DNA from: Acidobacteriota bacterium
GTDB lineage: Bacteria; Acidobacteriota; UBA6911; RPQK01; JAJDTT01
NCBI GenBank assembly: GCA_965217775.1
Contig: CBDCJH010000002.1
Location: 1,056,001-1,120,000, forward strand
Reading direction: 5' to 3'
DNA: 64,000 nt
Made by a program: the position numbers and the translations under genes. The notes below the pieces were generated by a model, which saw only the letters and a list, made by a program, of their open reading frames with translations, searched no databases and was not told where the DNA came from. Each line of letters begins with the position of its first letter. Within the stretch, counting starts at the first letter, position 1. Of the stretch, positions 1 to 9,540 are shown in pieces.

Positions 1-1
1 C

Positions 2-205
2 GTGGTCACTGATATACCGGCGGTCGAGGCAGGTTTGACCCTGCTGCGCGCAGGCGGACACTTCGCCGACGGAGTCATCGCCCATCAAGGCGAAGGATTC
101 GGCGGAAGCGTGTTCGCCAGTTTCGATCGCAACGCCATCGCTCTCTTGAAGAGGAACGGGTCGGCGGCAGCCGAAGTCTCTGAGTTGATCGGCACCGGGC
201 GGTAA
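2..205 (+). CDS. PIN-domain (VapC-like) toxin, 3' part (runs off window start)
   Basis: C-terminal PIN signature HFADGVIAHQG...FASFDRNA. Confidence 0.75.
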   Translation: MVTDIPAVEAGLTLLRAGGHFADGVIAHQGEGFGGSVFASFDRNAIALLKRNGSAAAEVSELIGTGR

Positions 206-285
206 AATCCTTTACGAGAAGATCCTGCTCCAAGTGGATGAGACTCTGACGCCGAAGGCGTTACGGGTTCCGCTGGTTATGGCAT

Positions 286-417
286 CTAAAATGTTCTGTT
301 CATGAGCTGTCGCCGGAGTTCCATGAACTCAGACTCAAGGCACCCAAATACCTTATCGACATAATCGTCCAAATTTGCGCGGACTTCGTCGAAGTTGACT
401 TCAAAAGGAAACGACAT
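286..417 (-). pseudogene. Truncated 43-aa remnant of the gene coupled downstream of the methyltransferase (possible restriction endonuclease N-terminus)
   Basis: ATG at 417 overlaps MTase stop; reads MSFPFEVNFDEVRANLDDYVDKVFGCLESEFMELRRQLMNRTF*; identity inferred from position and recalled similarity. Confidence 0.4.
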
Positions 418-2755
418 CACGTGTCTCTTCGTCGGACTGTTTCTTTCGTAACAACGGTCCCGGCGATATTGGTACAGGATCGGCAGCGGCCACTAGTTCC
501 AAGATGTGGACAGGATCTCCAAGGCTGGATACTGTGTCGCCAAATGCCGCGATCTTGTTAGCTATCGGCTGACCCTTGTCCCAAAGCGGGCGGAGCTTCC
601 AGACGGCCATACGTGTCAGATGGCCGAAGACGATACAACGGGTGTCGCCTCGGGTCGGCTTTCTGCCCGCCTGCTCCAAGTCCGCCAAATCCACCGCCAC
701 GATTGCTGCAAGCTGTTCGGGCGTGTCGAATATCCAGCGGCGCGGCACTGCACCCGACGCCCGGCAGACGAACACGGTATCGATGATCGATGAACCCGTG
801 CCGTGGATGTGGATGGAGCCCCCCATCTCGGCGGGACAGGGCAGTGTGGCAGAAACGACCAGGTCGGCGTCCAGGATGGCCACTCCGACGGCGTGATACG
901 TCTCCAGCTTGTTGTGGTGGTAGGTGAACGCGAGCGGTGCGCCGGGCTTCAAGGCTTGGGCCATTCGCGAATAGGCGGCGGAGAGTCCTTCTGTGAAATG
1001 ATCCAATCCATGATTCCGGGTTACATTGCCATTAAGTTCGTCCTGAGATCGTGTGAGCGCGCGCTCAAAGCCATCCGCCTCGTTTCCCACCAAGCGTCGA
1101 AGCCAGACATAACAGAAGTCCATTAGCTCGCTATACTGCACGTTGCCGTAATACGGAGGGTCTGTGAACACGGCGTCGAGGCTCTCCGGCGAGACATCGA
1201 TAGAGGTGGCGCTGGCACAACGGATGGCCACTTTGCGCCGTTGCCCGCCCCGCTTCTCGCCGATCCATTCCCCTTTGATGGGAACCCGGACATTACGGGT
1301 CCCTCTGCGCCTGACTTCGAACGGCGCGCTGCAATACAGTTTCGCCTTGGCATATTTGTGGACAATGTTGGACCACCCGCCGGAGCCCACGTTGCGGCCG
1401 GCTCCGTTGTTTATGCGCAGGAGATTGGATTCGCACTGTACCAACCCCACCGGAAAGCCGTGCACGGAGAAGATGTCCAAAGATTTGAGCGCCGTAATGT
1501 CGTAGCGGCAGAGCATGTTCTGGTAGCGCAACAGGTCGGAGAGATTGGTGGCGATGGCATGCCGTATTCGCTGGTCCTTGACCTGGGAAATCAGCCGGCA
1601 ACTTAACAGTCCGTGGTGAAAGTCCCGCGAGCACCGAGACCGTTCCTGCGCCCGCCGGACAAGGCGCGATTCGGGTGCATACCGGGAGTATGTGCCCGAA
1701 TCGCAACGCCGTCCGCCGGGATGCAGGGACAGTCGAATGCCGTGATGACTTTTGCCACGGGCTGTTAACTCCAACCCTAGAAGTTGGCGTGGATTGAAGA
1801 GGTCTTTAAAGCGGGTGTACCCGCAGCGATGCAGACGATCGGTCTCGTCGCCGGCGAGGATCTCCTGGTTCGGAACGAAGCTGGGAGTGAGCTGTTCCCA
1901 TCGCTGTGAGGCAGCCTCCATGCGCAATGCATCTTCTTTGTCCGGTTTCTTGAAGAAACGGCCCTTGTGTTTCGCCTTTCGCGTGGGGTTGAAATATTCC
2001 ATCGCGAACATGCGGTGCCGCAGAGGACGTTGCGCCTCTCCCGGGTAGGCGTTGGAATGCCCGCAATGGGGGCATTCGCAGCGTCCTCTGCGCGCGGGGC
2101 CGGCTTGGCGAAGTTCGGTCCCACAGCTCGAGCAACCTCCCGAATCCCTGTAGTCCTCGACTTGGTTCAGATCACCGCAGGTCGGGCACACCAGGACATT
2201 CATCGGGTGACGCCGGTTCCTGGCGACCAGGTAGCCCGGAAAGAGGTCGAATGCTTGCCCGCAACGCACGCAATCGAGCACCTTGACCCAGAGGAAGGAC
2301 TTCACGGGTACGTTGGAATCCCCGTAGAGTGGGCAGGAGGTTCGGTAATATCGATCGATTTCCGTACGCAGAGCCGCAAGTAGCCTCTGAACTGCCTGCC
2401 GGTAAGCCGACAGGTCGACGGATTCAAGCTCTTCGCGGACAATCCACGCAGACATCGGATTGATGTCGAAACCCTGCACTTCGCATCCAACTCGATTGGC
2501 CTCAATGAGCGGGGTTCCACCGCCCATGAACGGGTCTGCGATCCGGATCCCCGAAAAGTCGTTTCTCCGGAAAAAAGTCTTTTCAAGACGGTCACGACCG
2601 AACTCGGCCAAAATCAGGCCACGAAACAGGGTGCCGGGACGGCGGGCGAACCACTTATGGACACCGATGATGGGACGGTAGTTCTGCTGTATCTGTTTTT
2701 CCTTGAATGCCATTCGGGCGACCAAGGAAACATCGAATCTGTGCTCGATACTCAT
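401..2755 (-). CDS. Amino (m6A/m4C-type) DNA methyltransferase with Zn ribbons (DUF1156-like), carrying a 54-aa in-frame MITE insertion
   Basis: HKWFARRP, DPFMGGG (motif I), TDPPY (motif IV), several CxxC pairs. Confidence 0.85.
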   Translation of the reverse strand: MSIEHRFDVSLVARMAFKEKQIQQNYRPIIGVHKWFARRPGTLFRGLILAEFGRDRLEKTFFRRNDFSGIRIADPFMGGGTPLIEANRVGCEVQGFDINPMSAWIVREELESVDLSAYRQAVQRLLAALRTEIDRYYRTSCPLYGDSNVPVKSFLWVKVLDCVRCGQAFDLFPGYLVARNRRHPMNVLVCPTCGDLNQVEDYRDSGGCSSCGTELRQAGPARRGRCECPHCGHSNAYPGEAQRPLRHRMFAMEYFNPTRKAKHKGRFFKKPDKEDALRMEAASQRWEQLTPSFVPNQEILAGDETDRLHRCGYTRFKDLFNPRQLLGLELTARGKSHHGIRLSLHPGGRRCDSGTYSRYAPESRLVRRAQERSRCSRDFHHGLLSCRLISQVKDQRIRHAIATNLSDLLRYQNMLCRYDITALKSLDIFSVHGFPVGLVQCESNLLRINNGAGRNVGSGGWSNIVHKYAKAKLYCSAPFEVRRRGTRNVRVPIKGEWIGEKRGGQRRKVAIRCASATSIDVSPESLDAVFTDPPYYGNVQYSELMDFCYVWLRRLVGNEADGFERALTRSQDELNGNVTRNHGLDHFTEGLSAAYSRMAQALKPGAPLAFTYHHNKLETYHAVGVAILDADLVVSATLPCPAEMGGSIHIHGTGSSIIDTVFVCRASGAVPRRWIFDTPEQLAAIVAVDLADLEQAGRKPTRGDTRCIVFGHLTRMAVWKLRPLWDKGQPIANKIAAFGDTVSSLGDPVHILELVAAADPVPISPGPLLRKKQSDEETRDVVSF
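1607..1764. mobile_element. MITE family A copy 1 (158 bp), inside the methyltransferase
   Basis: TIRs CAGTCCGTGGTGAAAGTC / CAGCCCGTGGCAAAAGTC (15/18); TTAA duplicated at 1603-1606 and 1765-1768. Confidence 0.95.
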
Positions 2756-3134
2756 CGCCTGTCCTGACTGATCTCTACTTTAGAGAGAGCGGCTCCGGGT
2801 CCCTGCCGCTTTGGGCCTCTTCGTACGGAACACCGTCGCGAGTTTGGCCTCCAGACAATCTCCGAATTCTACGCTGGAACCATGACAGAACCTCAGATGT
2901 CCGGACTCCCATCCCCCTCCCACGAAACGCCGCCAAAAATGCGGCGTCGTCTGGCCAATAGTCGAGCATGTTCGTTGTACCGGGAGGAGCCTAGGAAAAA
3001 GAGCGACGAGAGGAATGCACCCGTGCCGCTTCAGGGCGGCGGAGGGAACGAACCCCGAGCCAGACCGCCGACGTTGATCGGAATGTGTGTCGATGCGATC
3101 ATTTGCCGAGTATGGCAAGGAGAACAGCGAGACC

Positions 3135-3506
3135 ATGATCAAGGGCGTGCATACCATGTTCTACTCGTCGGAGCCGGAAGCGTTGCGCGAATTCCTCCGC
3201 GACACGCTGGGCTTCGACTCCTACACCGATGTCGGCGGCGGCTGGCTCATCTTCGACCTGCCGGAGGCGGACATGGGCGTGCATCCCACCGACCCCTCGG
3301 GGAAGCACGGCAGTCCGGCCGGGACCCACGACATTTCCTTCTACTGTGACGACATCCAGGCCACGGTTTCGGAACTGAAGGGCCGGGGTGTGGTGTTCGA
3401 CGGCGAAGTGACAGACCAGGGCTTCGGACTCGTGACGTATTTTCGGATGCCGGGCAACGTGCGGGTACAGCTCTGTGAGCCTTATTACCGGAAGGGCGTC
3501 CGCTAA
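3135..3506 (+). CDS. VOC/glyoxalase family protein
   Basis: RBS AAGGAG before ATG 3135; ISFYCDDIQATVSELKGRGV, DQGFG..TYFRMPG motifs. Confidence 0.85.
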   Translation: MIKGVHTMFYSSEPEALREFLRDTLGFDSYTDVGGGWLIFDLPEADMGVHPTDPSGKHGSPAGTHDISFYCDDIQATVSELKGRGVVFDGEVTDQGFGLVTYFRMPGNVRVQLCEPYYRKGVR

Positions 3507-3673
3507 GCCGGCGGCATTGACAGTTCCAGCGTCCGGTTGCCCCATGATCCCGGCTTGCAGGAGGCCGCGTTTGTTGTACCGAAAAGTGCAGCGGGTATAA
3601 TGGATCGCATCGACCGTTTGTCCAGGTCAGGATCTCCGAGGTGCTTATGCCAAGAACCTTCGTAAATTCTCCC

Positions 3674-5326
3674 ATGGATGTCAGGTTCGTTCTGCTTTCC
3701 CTGTTTCTGGTCCTGCTCCCGGTTCAGGCCAAAGAGAAGAAGCGGGACGACCGGGCCGTTCTCCAGGAAGAGCAGCAGGACTACTACAAGAAATGGCTCA
3801 AGGAGGACGTCGTCTACATCATCACCGATGAAGAGCTGGACGTGTTCGACGACCTTAGCACCATGGAGGAGAAGGAGCAGTTCATCGAGCAGTTCTGGCG
3901 CCGGCGCGACCCGGACCTGAGGACCGCCATCAACGAGTACAAGGAAGAACACTACCGGCGGATCGCCTACGCCAACGAGCGCTTTCCCAGCGGAAAGCCG
4001 GGCTGGATGACCGATCGGGGCCGCATCTACATCATTCATGGACCGCCGGATCAGATCACGTCCCGCGCCGGTGGGGGCTTCTATGCCCGCCCCATGCACG
4101 AGGGGGGCGGCGTGACCTCCACCTATCCCTTCGAAACCTGGCGCTACCGCTGGATCGAGGGTCTGGGGCAGGAAATCGAATTGGAGTTCGTGGACGCCTC
4201 TTTGAGCGGAGAGTACCGGCTGAGCCTGGACCCTGCCGAAAAGGACGCGCTGCTCTATCTTCCCGGTGGCGGCCTGACCCTGGCCGAGGAGATGGGTCTG
4301 GCCCAGAAGAAGGATCGGCCTTTCTTCTCCCCGGGCATGCGGGACAGCTTCCCCTACATGGCCACCCGGGCTCAGGACGACGTGTTCGAGCGCTACGAGC
4401 GTTACGTGATGATCAAGGCGCCCAAGAAGATCAAGTACGGCGATCTGAAGGGGCTGGTGGACGTCTCGGTCGGCTACGAGTCACTCCCTTTCCGAGTCCG
4501 GCGCGACTACTTCAAGCTGGGCGCCGATCGGGTGGTGGTTCCGGTGACGGTCGAACTCGACAACGGCGAACTATCGTTCAAGCTGGAAAAAAACCAGAGC
4601 TATGTGGCCAAGGTGGGTGTCTACGGCGCGGTCACCAGCATGACCAGGCAGGTGGTGGACGAGTTCGACTACGACCTGGTGCAGACCTACGTTCCGGAGG
4701 CGTACGCCGCCCAGGCTCAAAAACAGGGCCGGTCCACTTACCAGAAGATCCTGGTCCTGGAACGGAAGCTGCGTTACCGCCTGGACCTGGTGGTCAAGGA
4801 TCTGACCAGCGGCAAGGTGGGAGTCAGCCGGACCGCTATCGTTCCGCCGGCCTTCGGCGGTGAAAAGCTGAAAGCCAGCTCCATGATCCTCACCGATCTG
4901 GTTCGGCAGATGGAGGACGTTCCTCAGGAAGAGATGTTCATCCTGGGAAACGTGAAGGTGCGTCCGGTGCTGGATCACAGGTTCGCCGCCACGTCGCCTC
5001 TGGCCGTCTATCTTCAGGTCTATAATGTGAGCGCCGACCAGGCCACGATGGTCCCTTCCATTCAGGCCAGCTACCGGATTTCCAAGGGTAAGGATGTCCT
5101 GATGGAAGAAGTGGACGAGACGGGCGAGTCGATCCAGTACTTCTCGGGCCAGCGTATGGTCCTGATAAAGAGCCTTCCCATCCAGCAACTGAAGCCGGGC
5201 CGGTACCATCTGAACGTGCAAGTCCACGACAAGATCAGCGATCAGGAGGTCAGCGCCGGCCAGGTATTCCAGGTGCGCGCACCGTCTGCCGCCGATGGTC
5301 TGAACAAGACCGCGTCTCTCCAGTAG
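3674..5326 (+). CDS. GWxTD domain-containing secreted protein
   Basis: Signal peptide; FIEQFWRRRDP, EEHYRRIAYAN, GWMTDRGRIYI. Confidence 0.9.
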   Translation: MDVRFVLLSLFLVLLPVQAKEKKRDDRAVLQEEQQDYYKKWLKEDVVYIITDEELDVFDDLSTMEEKEQFIEQFWRRRDPDLRTAINEYKEEHYRRIAYANERFPSGKPGWMTDRGRIYIIHGPPDQITSRAGGGFYARPMHEGGGVTSTYPFETWRYRWIEGLGQEIELEFVDASLSGEYRLSLDPAEKDALLYLPGGGLTLAEEMGLAQKKDRPFFSPGMRDSFPYMATRAQDDVFERYERYVMIKAPKKIKYGDLKGLVDVSVGYESLPFRVRRDYFKLGADRVVVPVTVELDNGELSFKLEKNQSYVAKVGVYGAVTSMTRQVVDEFDYDLVQTYVPEAYAAQAQKQGRSTYQKILVLERKLRYRLDLVVKDLTSGKVGVSRTAIVPPAFGGEKLKASSMILTDLVRQMEDVPQEEMFILGNVKVRPVLDHRFAATSPLAVYLQVYNVSADQATMVPSIQASYRISKGKDVLMEEVDETGESIQYFSGQRMVLIKSLPIQQLKPGRYHLNVQVHDKISDQEVSAGQVFQVRAPSAADGLNKTASLQ

Positions 5327-5349
5327 TGCGATAGCTCCGGAGGTTCTCC

Positions 5350-6741
5350 CTGACCGCTACCCCGTCCCCTCCCCGGAGCCGGGTCCGCTACTCCGTCCTG
5401 GTCTGGCTCTGCGTGGCAGCCACCATCGCCTACATCCAGCGCAACTACCTCTCGGTGGCCGAGAGCACGATCCGGATCGACCTGGGCCTGAGCAAGGAGC
5501 AGATGGGATGGATCTTGAGCGGCTTCTTCTGGGTCTACGCCGGATTCCAGGTGCCTGCCGGCTGGCTCGGGGATCGCTGGGGCGCGCGGCGGACCCTCCC
5601 CTTCTACTCGGTGGTCTGGTCGGTTTGCACCGTGCTGTCGGGGGTGGCGGGAACGGCATTGGCTCTCTGGCTGGCGGGACCGGGGGGAGCGATCCTGGCG
5701 GCCTACCTCTGGTTGCTGATCCCCCGCATGTTCTCCGGAGCCGCCCAGGCGGGTCTCTTCCCCTGTTCCGCGGTCGTGTTGTCGAGATGGATGCCGGTGA
5801 ACCGGTTGGCCGTTTCGAGCGGCTCTCTCGGAGCCGGGATGCAGATCGGAGCCATCCTCGTCGCCTTTCTGACCGGGATTCTTCTGGAATGGGGTGTCGG
5901 CTGGCGTTGGCTCTTTGTCCTCTACGCGCTTCCGGGGGGGATCTGGGCGCTGCTGTTCTATCGCTGGTTTCGTGACCGCCCTCGGGACCACGCCTCCGTG
6001 ACGCCGGAAGAACTGGATCTTCTGCTGGCCGAGTCCAAAGCCACCCGGGAATCGAAAGGGGCAGCGGACGAAGGATCGGGCCGCGGCCGGCCCGTCAAGA
6101 CACCCTGGAAGCATCTGGCCGCGAGTCCGGCCATGTGGGCCATCTGCGGACAGCAGTTCTTCCGGGCCGCCGGGTATATCTTCTATGCCAGTTGGTTTCC
6201 CACCTATCTGCAGGAAGCGCGAGGCGTCTCGGTGGCCGAGTCGGGCCTGCTGACGAGTGTTCCCCTGATTGCGATTCTATTCGGAGGACCGCTGGGTGGT
6301 ATCGTCTCCGATTGGATCTACTCCAGAAGCGGGAATGTGGCAATGGCCCGGAAAGGGATGGCCTTGGGCTGCCTCCTGGTCGGAGTCCTGCTCACGGTGG
6401 CTGGATGTCTGGTTCACAATCCGCTGCTTGCCGTCTCTCTCATTGGGATCGGTGGCTTCTTTGGCGCTTTCGTCAGCCCTATCGTCAATTCCCTGACCAT
6501 CGCCATGGGCGGAAACAACGTGGCGACGATCTTCGGCACCATGAACATGGCGGGGAATCTGGGAGCGGCGGCGTTTCCCGTCGTGGTTCCGTTGCTTCTG
6601 GGGCCGTCGGGTGACAACTGGACCCCGGTCTTGTGGGTGTTCTGCGGCGTGTACGTGGTGGCGGCTCTGTTCTGGCTGATGCTCAAACCGCAGGGCACGT
6701 TCGTCGGGCAGTCGCTTCTTTCTCGGGTCCCCTCATCGTAG
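5350..6741 (+). CDS. MFS transporter (ACS/sugar-acid type); start probably at CTG 5350
   Basis: GWLGDRWGARR motif, about 12 TM; frame open upstream of 5413 with RVRYSVLVWLC and GGAGG 6 nt before CTG 5350. Confidence 0.85.
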   Translation: MTATPSPPRSRVRYSVLVWLCVAATIAYIQRNYLSVAESTIRIDLGLSKEQMGWILSGFFWVYAGFQVPAGWLGDRWGARRTLPFYSVVWSVCTVLSGVAGTALALWLAGPGGAILAAYLWLLIPRMFSGAAQAGLFPCSAVVLSRWMPVNRLAVSSGSLGAGMQIGAILVAFLTGILLEWGVGWRWLFVLYALPGGIWALLFYRWFRDRPRDHASVTPEELDLLLAESKATRESKGAADEGSGRGRPVKTPWKHLAASPAMWAICGQQFFRAAGYIFYASWFPTYLQEARGVSVAESGLLTSVPLIAILFGGPLGGIVSDWIYSRSGNVAMARKGMALGCLLVGVLLTVAGCLVHNPLLAVSLIGIGGFFGAFVSPIVNSLTIAMGGNNVATIFGTMNMAGNLGAAAFPVVVPLLLGPSGDNWTPVLWVFCGVYVVAALFWLMLKPQGTFVGQSLLSRVPSS

Positions 6742-6771
6742 TAGACTGGGCGGCAACCATGCGGGTCAACC
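6741..6771 (+). repeat. Truncated GTAG-type REP-like element
   Basis: GTAGACTGGGCGG...CGGGTCAACC matches the reverse complement of 60771-60809. Confidence 0.45.
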
Positions 6772-6775
6772 TAAA

Positions 6776-6933
6776 CAGCCCGTGGCAAAAGTCGTCACGG
6801 CATTCGACCGTCCCTGCATCCCGGCGGACTGCGTTGCTATCGGCTCACATACTCCCGGTATGCTCCTTCATCGCGCCTTGTCCGGCGGGCGCAGGAACGG
6901 TCTCGGTGCTCGCGAGACTCTTGCCACGGACTG
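6776..6933. mobile_element. MITE family A copy 2 (158 bp, more diverged, no intact TSD)
   Basis: Colinear with the other copies; TIRs 16/18; flanks TAAA and TCAT differ. Confidence 0.9.
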
Positions 6934-6935
6934 TC

Positions 6936-7565
6936 ATGCGTTGGGCCGCCCTGGGCGTTCTGCTCCAGGTCTGCCAGAGTGTCGGAACCGAAGCCGCCTC
7001 CATTCCCAAGCCGCGGCCACGCATTCCCTATCAAGCGGTCCAGCCGGCCAAGGGGGTGTTCCTGGTCGCCCGGAAGGGGATGCTCGACCCCCGGTTTCGG
7101 CAATCCGTGGTCCTGCTCGTGGCTCACGGCCCGGGCGGAACGCTGGGTGTAATCGTCAACCGGGCTACCGACGTCTCTTTGGAGGATGTCCTGCCCCAGA
7201 TCGAGACACCGGGTCGGAAGGCCCGGCTCTACTACGGAGGTCCGGTGGGTCTGGATACGCTCATGTTTCTGATCCGGAGCGAGGAACCGCTGGAGCAGAC
7301 GACCAATGTGATGGGGGACGTCTACTTCGGAGGCGACAAGAAGACGCTGGAACGTCTTCTGGAAGAGGAAAGGGAATCCCACGAACTCCGCCTCTTCGTC
7401 GGGCATTCGGGATGGGCTCCGGGCCAGTTGGATTCGGAGTTGGATCGGGGCGACTGGCGCCTTTTTCGGGCCAATGCCTTCACCGTATTCGAGAAGCGCC
7501 TGGACAGCATCTGGTCCGACTTCATGGAGCCCCCGAAATCCGAACGGGAAGTGGCGGCCCGGTGA
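6936..7565 (+). CDS. YqgE/AlgH (DUF179) family protein
   Basis: DPRFRQSVVLL, GTLGVIVNR, YYGGPV, FVGHSGWAPGQLDSEL; start uncertain (6759 or 6936). Confidence 0.9.
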   Translation: MRWAALGVLLQVCQSVGTEAASIPKPRPRIPYQAVQPAKGVFLVARKGMLDPRFRQSVVLLVAHGPGGTLGVIVNRATDVSLEDVLPQIETPGRKARLYYGGPVGLDTLMFLIRSEEPLEQTTNVMGDVYFGGDKKTLERLLEEERESHELRLFVGHSGWAPGQLDSELDRGDWRLFRANAFTVFEKRLDSIWSDFMEPPKSEREVAAR

Positions 7566-7586
7566 GAGGCTTGGTCTAGGAAGCGA

Positions 7587-8669
7587 ATGATGGGAAACAA
7601 GCTCAGAGATCCATCGTACTCCCGCCGCCAGTGGATGGGGCTGGCCACACTGGGCGGCATAACGGCAGTGTCCGCGGGACCACGACCGGCGACTTCGGAA
7701 ACACCGGCCGGTCCGCACCGTCTCGCTTTGAGGGCCGGAGAGTTGGAGGCCCTGGTGGTGGACAACCACGACGGGCTGGCCGGTGAGGAACAGAAACGCA
7801 GCCGGGCTTCGGTCCCCCATGTGGCCGGAGGATTGGGACGCCTTAGCGTCGCAGTCCCCTTCGAGAGGCGTCACAATGGCTACAACGGAGTCGCGCGCTT
7901 CAGTTACCGGGGATCTCCACACCCCTTTCTCCCCGTTGCTTCGGGTCTGAATTGCGAGTTCTTCTTCGACGGAACCGAGGGCACCTTCGAACCCCGCTGG
8001 AGTGACCTCGATAATTTCCAGGCCCAGCCGTCGAGCTTGAAGCGGGTATCCGAGCAAGAGGCTTGGCTCCGGATCGAACCCGGCGAACGGTGGGGCGTCC
8101 AGGTGGAGTCCACCTTCCGATTGGTGGAACCGTGGTTCCTGGACGTGGAGCACGCCTTCACACCCACCCGGCTGGACAAGATCCGGACCCGGTATTTGGG
8201 CGTGTTCTGGGCCAGCTACATCCAGGCTCCCCGAAATCCGGGCTACTACGTTTGGGGCCGGAGGTCGAACTTCGAATCGCCCGCTTGGCACGGTATCTTC
8301 GACGCCCTGGATTTGCACGAATCGGGAGCGATCCGGGCCGAGCGGGGTCCAGTGGGGGAGGGATTGCGGGCTCAGGGAAGGCGTCTGCTCTACAGCTTCG
8401 GCTCGGTGCGCTACGTCGAACCTCTGATGGCCGGCAAGGTCCACGGCATGTTGCTGGCCTACCTGTTCCGCCCTTCAGACGAGTTGGAAATCCGCCCCGC
8501 CTTCAACGCCGGCGGGGGAGGAGTCGGCGGCCCCGCTTGGGACTACCAGGCGGTGGTCCCGGACCCGGAGGAAGGACGCCGCTACAGCTTTCGGCTGAGA
8601 GTCGTCTACAAGCCGTTCGAAGCTCTGGACGAGGCCCTGGAACTCCATCGGGAGTGGGTCACGGGATAG
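7587..8669 (+). CDS. Tat-signal hypothetical protein (mutarotase-like beta fold possible)
   Basis: SRRQWMGLA twin-arginine leader; long ORF with typical codon usage. Confidence 0.6.
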   Translation: MMGNKLRDPSYSRRQWMGLATLGGITAVSAGPRPATSETPAGPHRLALRAGELEALVVDNHDGLAGEEQKRSRASVPHVAGGLGRLSVAVPFERRHNGYNGVARFSYRGSPHPFLPVASGLNCEFFFDGTEGTFEPRWSDLDNFQAQPSSLKRVSEQEAWLRIEPGERWGVQVESTFRLVEPWFLDVEHAFTPTRLDKIRTRYLGVFWASYIQAPRNPGYYVWGRRSNFESPAWHGIFDALDLHESGAIRAERGPVGEGLRAQGRRLLYSFGSVRYVEPLMAGKVHGMLLAYLFRPSDELEIRPAFNAGGGGVGGPAWDYQAVVPDPEEGRRYSFRLRVVYKPFEALDEALELHREWVTG

Positions 8670-8912
8670 TCTCTAAATGTAGTTGATCGAAAGGTAGGCA
8701 GGTGGAGCTCCACAAAACTCGGGACAACACCGCCTGCGACTTGGCTCGAAATGTACGAAGCTTGGTTGCAGGAATTTTCCGCCAATGCAACCGTCGTCTC
8801 CGAGACTCGACTCTCAGCGAAGCTGGTTTTTGTTACAACGAGATTCGGTCTCGGGCAAGCGCTGAAGGCTGAAATCCTGCGCGATCATCGCGCCCCCGGT
8901 GAGAAATTCGGG
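8670..8912. mobile_element. Chimeric or degenerate MITE: right end of family B, unrelated left part
   Basis: About 8860-8912 GCGCTGAAGGCTGAAATCCTGCGCGATCATCGCGCCCCCGGTGAGAAATTCGGG followed by CTAA matches the family B end; fills the gap between two TAG stops. Confidence 0.65.
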
Positions 8913-9227
8913 CTAAGCGGCCACGCCAGGTTGGGGCGTCACCTCCTTGTCGAGTCGATCCTTGAGGACAGCCTTCGCTGTTTCAAGCTCGTAGCGAGAC
9001 TGCAAATTCATCCAGAATCGAGCGGAGTTTCCAAAGTACCTGCTTAACCGGAGCGCCGTGTCTGCCGTGATGGCGCGCTTCTCGTGAAAGATCTCATTGA
9101 TCCGGCGGGGCGGCACCGAGATGTCCTTGGCCAGCCGGTATTGGGTCAGGCCCATCGGCTTCATGAACTCCTCCCGCAGAATTTCTCCGGGATGGATGGG
9201 TTGCAGGGTCTGGTCTCTCTGATCCAT
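8913..9227 (-). CDS. higA: HigA antitoxin
   Basis: PIHPGEILREEF, ITADTALRLSRYFG, FWMNLQ. Confidence 0.95.
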   Translation of the reverse strand: MDQRDQTLQPIHPGEILREEFMKPMGLTQYRLAKDISVPPRRINEIFHEKRAITADTALRLSRYFGNSARFWMNLQSRYELETAKAVLKDRLDKEVTPQPGVAA

Positions 9228-9252
9228 TGATCAGTCTCCTTCTACCCTCCTG

Positions 9253-9534
9253 CTAGTGGTAGTCCACCACCTCCACGTCAAACGCGTCGCCGGTCTCCCA
9301 GTGAAAGCAGATCCGCCATTGTCGATTGATCCGGACGCTATATTGGCCTTTGCGGTTGCCCGAGAGCGCCTCCAGCCGGCTGGAGGGTATCATCTTGAGG
9401 TCCCTGAGCGATTCGGCTGCGTCCAGCATTTCCAGCTTCCTGAGTGCAGCTTTCTTCAAAACCGGCGGAAACTTCCGTTGAAGCCGCCTGTTGAAGAGCT
9501 TTTCAGTGTCCTTGCAGTGGAAGCTCTTGATCAG
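9253..9534 (-). CDS. higB: HigB/RelE-family toxin
   Basis: IKSFHCKDTEKLF, RLEALSGNRKGQYSVRINRQWRICF, VVDYH; conserved start falls on CTG 9534. Confidence 0.9.
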   Translation of the reverse strand: MIKSFHCKDTEKLFNRRLQRKFPPVLKKAALRKLEMLDAAESLRDLKMIPSSRLEALSGNRKGQYSVRINRQWRICFHWETGDAFDVEVVDYH

Positions 9535-9540
9535 GGAAGG

